The notes beneath the pieces were generated by a model. It saw only the letters and a program-made list of their open reading frames with translations, ran no database searches and was not told the origin of the DNA. A stretch of 51,624 nucleotides of DNA, from contig NC_133617.1 of the NCBI RefSeq assembly GCF_048593235.1, forward strand, positions 71,694,937 to 71,746,560, in the 5' to 3' direction. This document shows, one piece after another, positions 47,700 to 51,624 of the stretch. Both the position numbers and the translations under genes were made by a program. The stretch is from Sminthopsis crassicaudata. Taxonomy: Eukaryota. Within the stretch, counting starts at the first letter, position 1; every line of letters starts with the position of its first letter.

Positions 47700-47960
47700 A
47701 GTTTAGATTTTTAAAAATTTTTATTAAAGTTTTTTATTTACAAAACATTTACATGGGTAAATTTTCAACACTGACCCTTGCATAACCTTCTATTCCTACT
47801 TTTTCCCTTCTTCCCCCCACCTCCTCCCCTAGATGGCAGGTAGTCCCATATATGTTAAATATGTTAAGGTATATGTTAAATCCAATATATGTATACATAT
47901 TTATACAGTTATCTTGCTGCATAAGAAAAATTGAATCAAGAAGGGAAAAAAACTTGTTTA
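47700..47960 (-). mobile_element. L1 3' tail (antisense), same family as 245-841
   Basis: Reverse complement matches 620-830 (...ttaacatatttaacat...ggggaaggaggggaaaa...aaattacccatg). Confidence 0.85.
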
Positions 47961-49189
47961 AATTTTTAAAAATTAAAAACAAATAAATCAAAGGAAGAAC
48001 ATAAACTTCTTAAGAATAGGCATGGTTTTCAGTTTTGTCCTTGTGGAAGAGTGGATAAGAGAGCTGCCCTTGGCTCGCGGGACCAAAAAGCCCTGAATTC
48101 AAATGCTGCCTCAGACACATGTGTGACCTTGGACAAATCTGTGAACTTCTAGGTGATTTAGCATCTCTTTAAGATCAAGTTTCAAAGAACGTGCATCTCC
48201 ATTGGTAGAGAGAGTATCTTCCTTGGGAAATTACTAAATCACTGGAATTGCAAGTCTCAGACCTATCTATCTCTGGTACCATGCCTGGTGCATAGTGAGC
48301 GCTTTAATCATGTTTAATGAATTTCTGAACTTGTTCTCCCAGTCCTGCTGGAGTGTGAGCATCCCCGGAAGTGGAGACTCCATGGGCATTTCTGTGGGAG
48401 GTTCCCCCCAGCTGAATGAACCTCTAGCTCATCTCTACCTCTCGGAAACCACAGGAGCCTCTAAGGTTGAATCCTGCTGCCAGTTCCTTCATAGCCCTGA
48501 TTCTCCCCAGTTACTTGCACTTCGTCTCACCTTAATTTCCCTTCTATCAGAATGATTTCCTGGCAGGTTCCTTAAGGTCAAGAATTGTTTCAGTCCTTGC
48601 ACTTGTGTCCCTAACTCCTAGCGCCAGTGTCCGGGGCACAGTAGGCACTTGATTTAGGGAATTGAATCAAGATAAGGAAATAAGGCTGAAGATAAGATTT
48701 TTTAACAGATAGATGAGGAGATGCTGCTATGTAGTTTACTTAGATTCTTTATTTTCCCTCCTTTTTTTTTTTTTTTTTAATTTTCCCTTTATTTTATGTA
48801 TACGACTACTCCTATTTGTTAAAGTGGCTCATGCTATTCTAGTGGAAAAGATGGAGATAGGAGCCAGGGGGTGAGTTGTACCTGTTTGGACATCCAGACC
48901 CACAGAGCAGGTAGGAGGTAATCTTCAAAGGAGTGCCCCAGAAATCTGCTTTTAACCCTGATTTTTTAAATGCTATTGTTATTACATCAGTGATATGGGC
49001 AAAGGTATTGCTGGCATTAATCCCAGATTTACAGGTGACAAAGCTAAGGGTGATGGCTGCTATGTTGGATGAGAATTAGGATCTAAAAATATCTTAGTCA
49101 AATGGAAGAAAAGGAAATATAGTAGAGAAATATAGAAATTATTATTAAATCTTTTAATAGGATTTTTTAAAAAAAGACTCCCTAAGTAC

Positions 49190-49730
49190 AAGATGTGTGG
49201 AGTATGGCTATACTGCAAGAAGGTCTGGGGATTTTAGTGGACCAGAAGCTCACTGAAAATGACTGTATCATGATAGGCTAGCTGAAAAATAAAACAAATC
49301 CCATGCCTTTTCAGGCCACATTGAGCTTTCTGGAACATGGAAGTGATCATCCTTCTCTGACCAGACCCACATCTGCGACGTTGTGGCCAGTTCTGTGCGC
49401 CACATGTTAAGGAGGGTCAGTGGTCCTTTGGTGCACGTCCAGAAGAGGAACCAAGGTGGTGAAGGCGCTTGGGTTCTGTGAGGAATGAGTAAGAGAGTTG
49501 GGAATGTTTAGTGGGGAGAAGAGAAGATTCGGGGACCACAAACAAGTATATTTGAAAGTATTTAAAAATCGAGGTCCCAAAAGGCAGAATTAGACACAGT
49601 AGGGAAAGCCGCAGAGGGGCTGATTTGGGCTTGATATCTGGGAAGGGTTCCATGGAAGTCTCCTTTCTTTGTGAGGGCTTTGGGCGCATTGTTGGTTTTT
49701 AGTGATAAGTTGAACTAAATGCGTTTCCTT
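49190..49730 (+). mobile_element. L3/CR1 3' region remnant
   Basis: 'ggtctggggattttagtggaccagaagctc...ccagttctgtgcgccacat...gtccagaagagg...gggaatgtttagtggggagaagagaag' is typical of the CR1/L3 RT C-terminus. Confidence 0.75.
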
Positions 49731-50322
49731 TCAACTCTGAGGTCCTGGGGCTCTGCAAAATCTATAGTTAGGGAGGAGGAAGAAGATGACTTAGTGAAAG
49801 AGACGGACAACAGTAAATGAGAATTCTGAGAAAGCACCACAGGAAGCAGGGAAAGAAAGAAAGGAAAGGTGGAGGACTGGGGAAAGATTGTTGGATTTGC
49901 AGTTAAGTCACTGGGGACCTTAGCAGGCAGAAGCCTCTAGCTCTTTCCCAGGATCTGGCCGTCCATGGGCAGGTAGCTGGAAGGCAAGGGGGGGAACGGG
50001 GTTAAGAGGCCGGCCCTAGGAGAAAACACAGCGGGATGGGTCAGGCCCAGGAGCTCTGAGCCTGCTGCCTCCCCCACCCCGTTTGGCTCACCTCCGGCTC
50101 AGCTCTTGGGGAAAGAACTTGAACAGCTGGGAGCAGCACAGGGAGCTGGGAGCACCGAGGGGGAAGGGTCCAAATGGGGGCTTGGAGGTCACTAGGCAGG
50201 AGAAGCACATTCTCAGGCCCCAGTGGAGGGCGGGGCTGGCCTGATGTTCCCTGAAAGCCTCATTTTGGTGATAGAATCTCTGGAAACCCCTCCCCATCCT
50301 GTCCTGCTTGTGTTTGGATAAC

Positions 50323-50325
<3 letters not shown>

Positions 50326-50367
<42 letters not shown>
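50326..50367 (+). repeat. (GT)~21 microsatellite
   Basis: Perfect dinucleotide run. Confidence 0.98.
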
Positions 50368-50368
<1 letters not shown>

Positions 50369-51199
50369 TCCAAACTCCTGTTTGTTCCTCATCTGCTGGG
50401 TAAACAAGAGACTACATCTGATTAATTCACCAGTTAGTAAAAAGGAGCTCCCTAATCCTCCCTTTTTCTCTCCCCTTCACCCCCCCCCCTGTCTAGCCTT
50501 ATAACTGGGAATGCTTAGGAAGAAGGGCTCATTTCCTTGGGGGTCCCAGGGAGGCATTCTCACCCCCAGGGAACACTGGGAGGCACAGTGTTGCAGAATA
50601 ACATGCCCAGGTCCAGCCTGGAGCCAGCCAGGGGGAGAGGAGGCTGTGGAGTCTAGCAGTGGCAGGGCCCAGGCAGGTTACAGCCTTCCAGGGGAATGTG
50701 AGCTCTCTTGGTGCCCACCTTGTCGGGGTCTGACACAGGGGCCTCAGTCAGTGCTCCTGTGGACCTGGAATAATTTGACAGGAAGGATGTTTCCGTCAGA
50801 AAGCTGCTACATGGTGACAGCCCGGACTGCTGCATCAGCTCTGGGTTCCCTCCCACGGGGAGCCGGAGACGTGGCTTCCCTGAGTGTACCCATTAATTTT
50901 CTGGGAAAGGGCCAAGTCCATTGCCCCGTGGGCCATCTGGGGGCTGTGCCATCCCAGCCTCCCTTGGGCCGACAGGAAGGAAGCCTTGGCCATCCATCTT
51001 GTTCTGGCGTCCGCTTGGTCTCAGCCTGTGTGTGAGGTCGGAGCAGGACTTGGAGATCTCGGGGTTGGGGCCATGTTGGCTGGAGCTTCAAAGGGAGGGG
51101 TGGATGACTGTCTGAATTGGAGATGTTTTGTCTGAGACCACCCGGGGCTGGAGTCATTAATCCCCCTGTCCTGGCCCCCTCCTCTTTACGTCATTCTTT

Positions 51200-51420
51200 T
51201 GTTGCTGTTGTTCAGTTGTGCCTAATTCTTCCTGGCCCCAGTTTGGGGTTTCCTCCGCAGAGATGCTGAAGGGTTCTCCATTTCCTTCTCCAGCTCATTT
51301 TATAGATGAGGAAACTGAGGCACACAGGGTTAAGTGACTTGCCGGGACCACCCCGCCGGGAAGCGTCTGAGGCTGGATTTGAACACCAGGCCAGTGCTCC
51401 AGCCGCTGCCCCCAGCTGCC
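51200..51420 (-). mobile_element. Mar1-type SINE, GC-enriched
   Basis: Antisense Mar1 tail, core and head (gttgttcagttgtgcc...ttatagatgaggaaactgaggc...tttgaac...cagctgcc). Confidence 0.75.
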
Positions 51421-51624
51421 CCTTTTCCCACTTAACAGCCCACTAAAATGTAGGGCTTCTTTCGGGTTCCCGGTCTAATGGCCTTGTTTGTCCCTGCACT
51501 TTCCCAGCTTTCCCTGGGAGAGACAGAGGTCTGGGCCCTCTGGGCCTGCTGTCCAGGCTGGTAGCCCTCCTGCTGGGAGGTTCCCACGCTCTCTGCCCTT
51601 CCAACTCCATCGCAGCCTCCAGAG

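Noticed and set aside
43274-51624. DOCK6 exon 2 or ANGPTL8 within the window
   Set aside because: No sequence encoding TVAAEVRKQVSRE or an ANGPTL8-like peptide was found; both are expected further downstream.

Overview
Marsupial genomic DNA, probably dasyurid (dunnart/antechinus/devil group), judged from WSINE1-type tRNA-SINEs, Mar1/MIR CORE-SINEs, RTE-derived SINEs and dasyurid-type L1 3' ends. Two N-gaps are present. Two genes face away from each other. On the minus strand are the first three coding exons of a tetraspanin (6445-6501, 5654-5860, 4357-4431), called TSPAN16 by synteny; its later exons were not found and probably lie left of the window. On the plus strand is DOCK6 exon 1 (43224-43267, MAASERRAFAHKINR) inside a CpG island; exon 2 was not found. 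The ~37 kb between them is mostly decayed L1, L2, L3, SINE and hAT-like repeats. It also holds unexplained structure: two orphan CpG-rich islands (~28.1-28.9 kb and ~33.6-34.7 kb), a ~1 kb complex CA-rich tandem array next to the first island, a locally multiplied ~200 bp unit with an inverted copy that keeps a splice-like site, an ATG and the reading frame, a perfect 16-bp hairpin, and several exon-like islands. Together these hint at an unannotated transcription unit, but this is inference. Most long ORFs in the supplied track are low-complexity or high-GC artefacts. Repeat names are from recall, repeat boundaries are approximate, and no database search was run.
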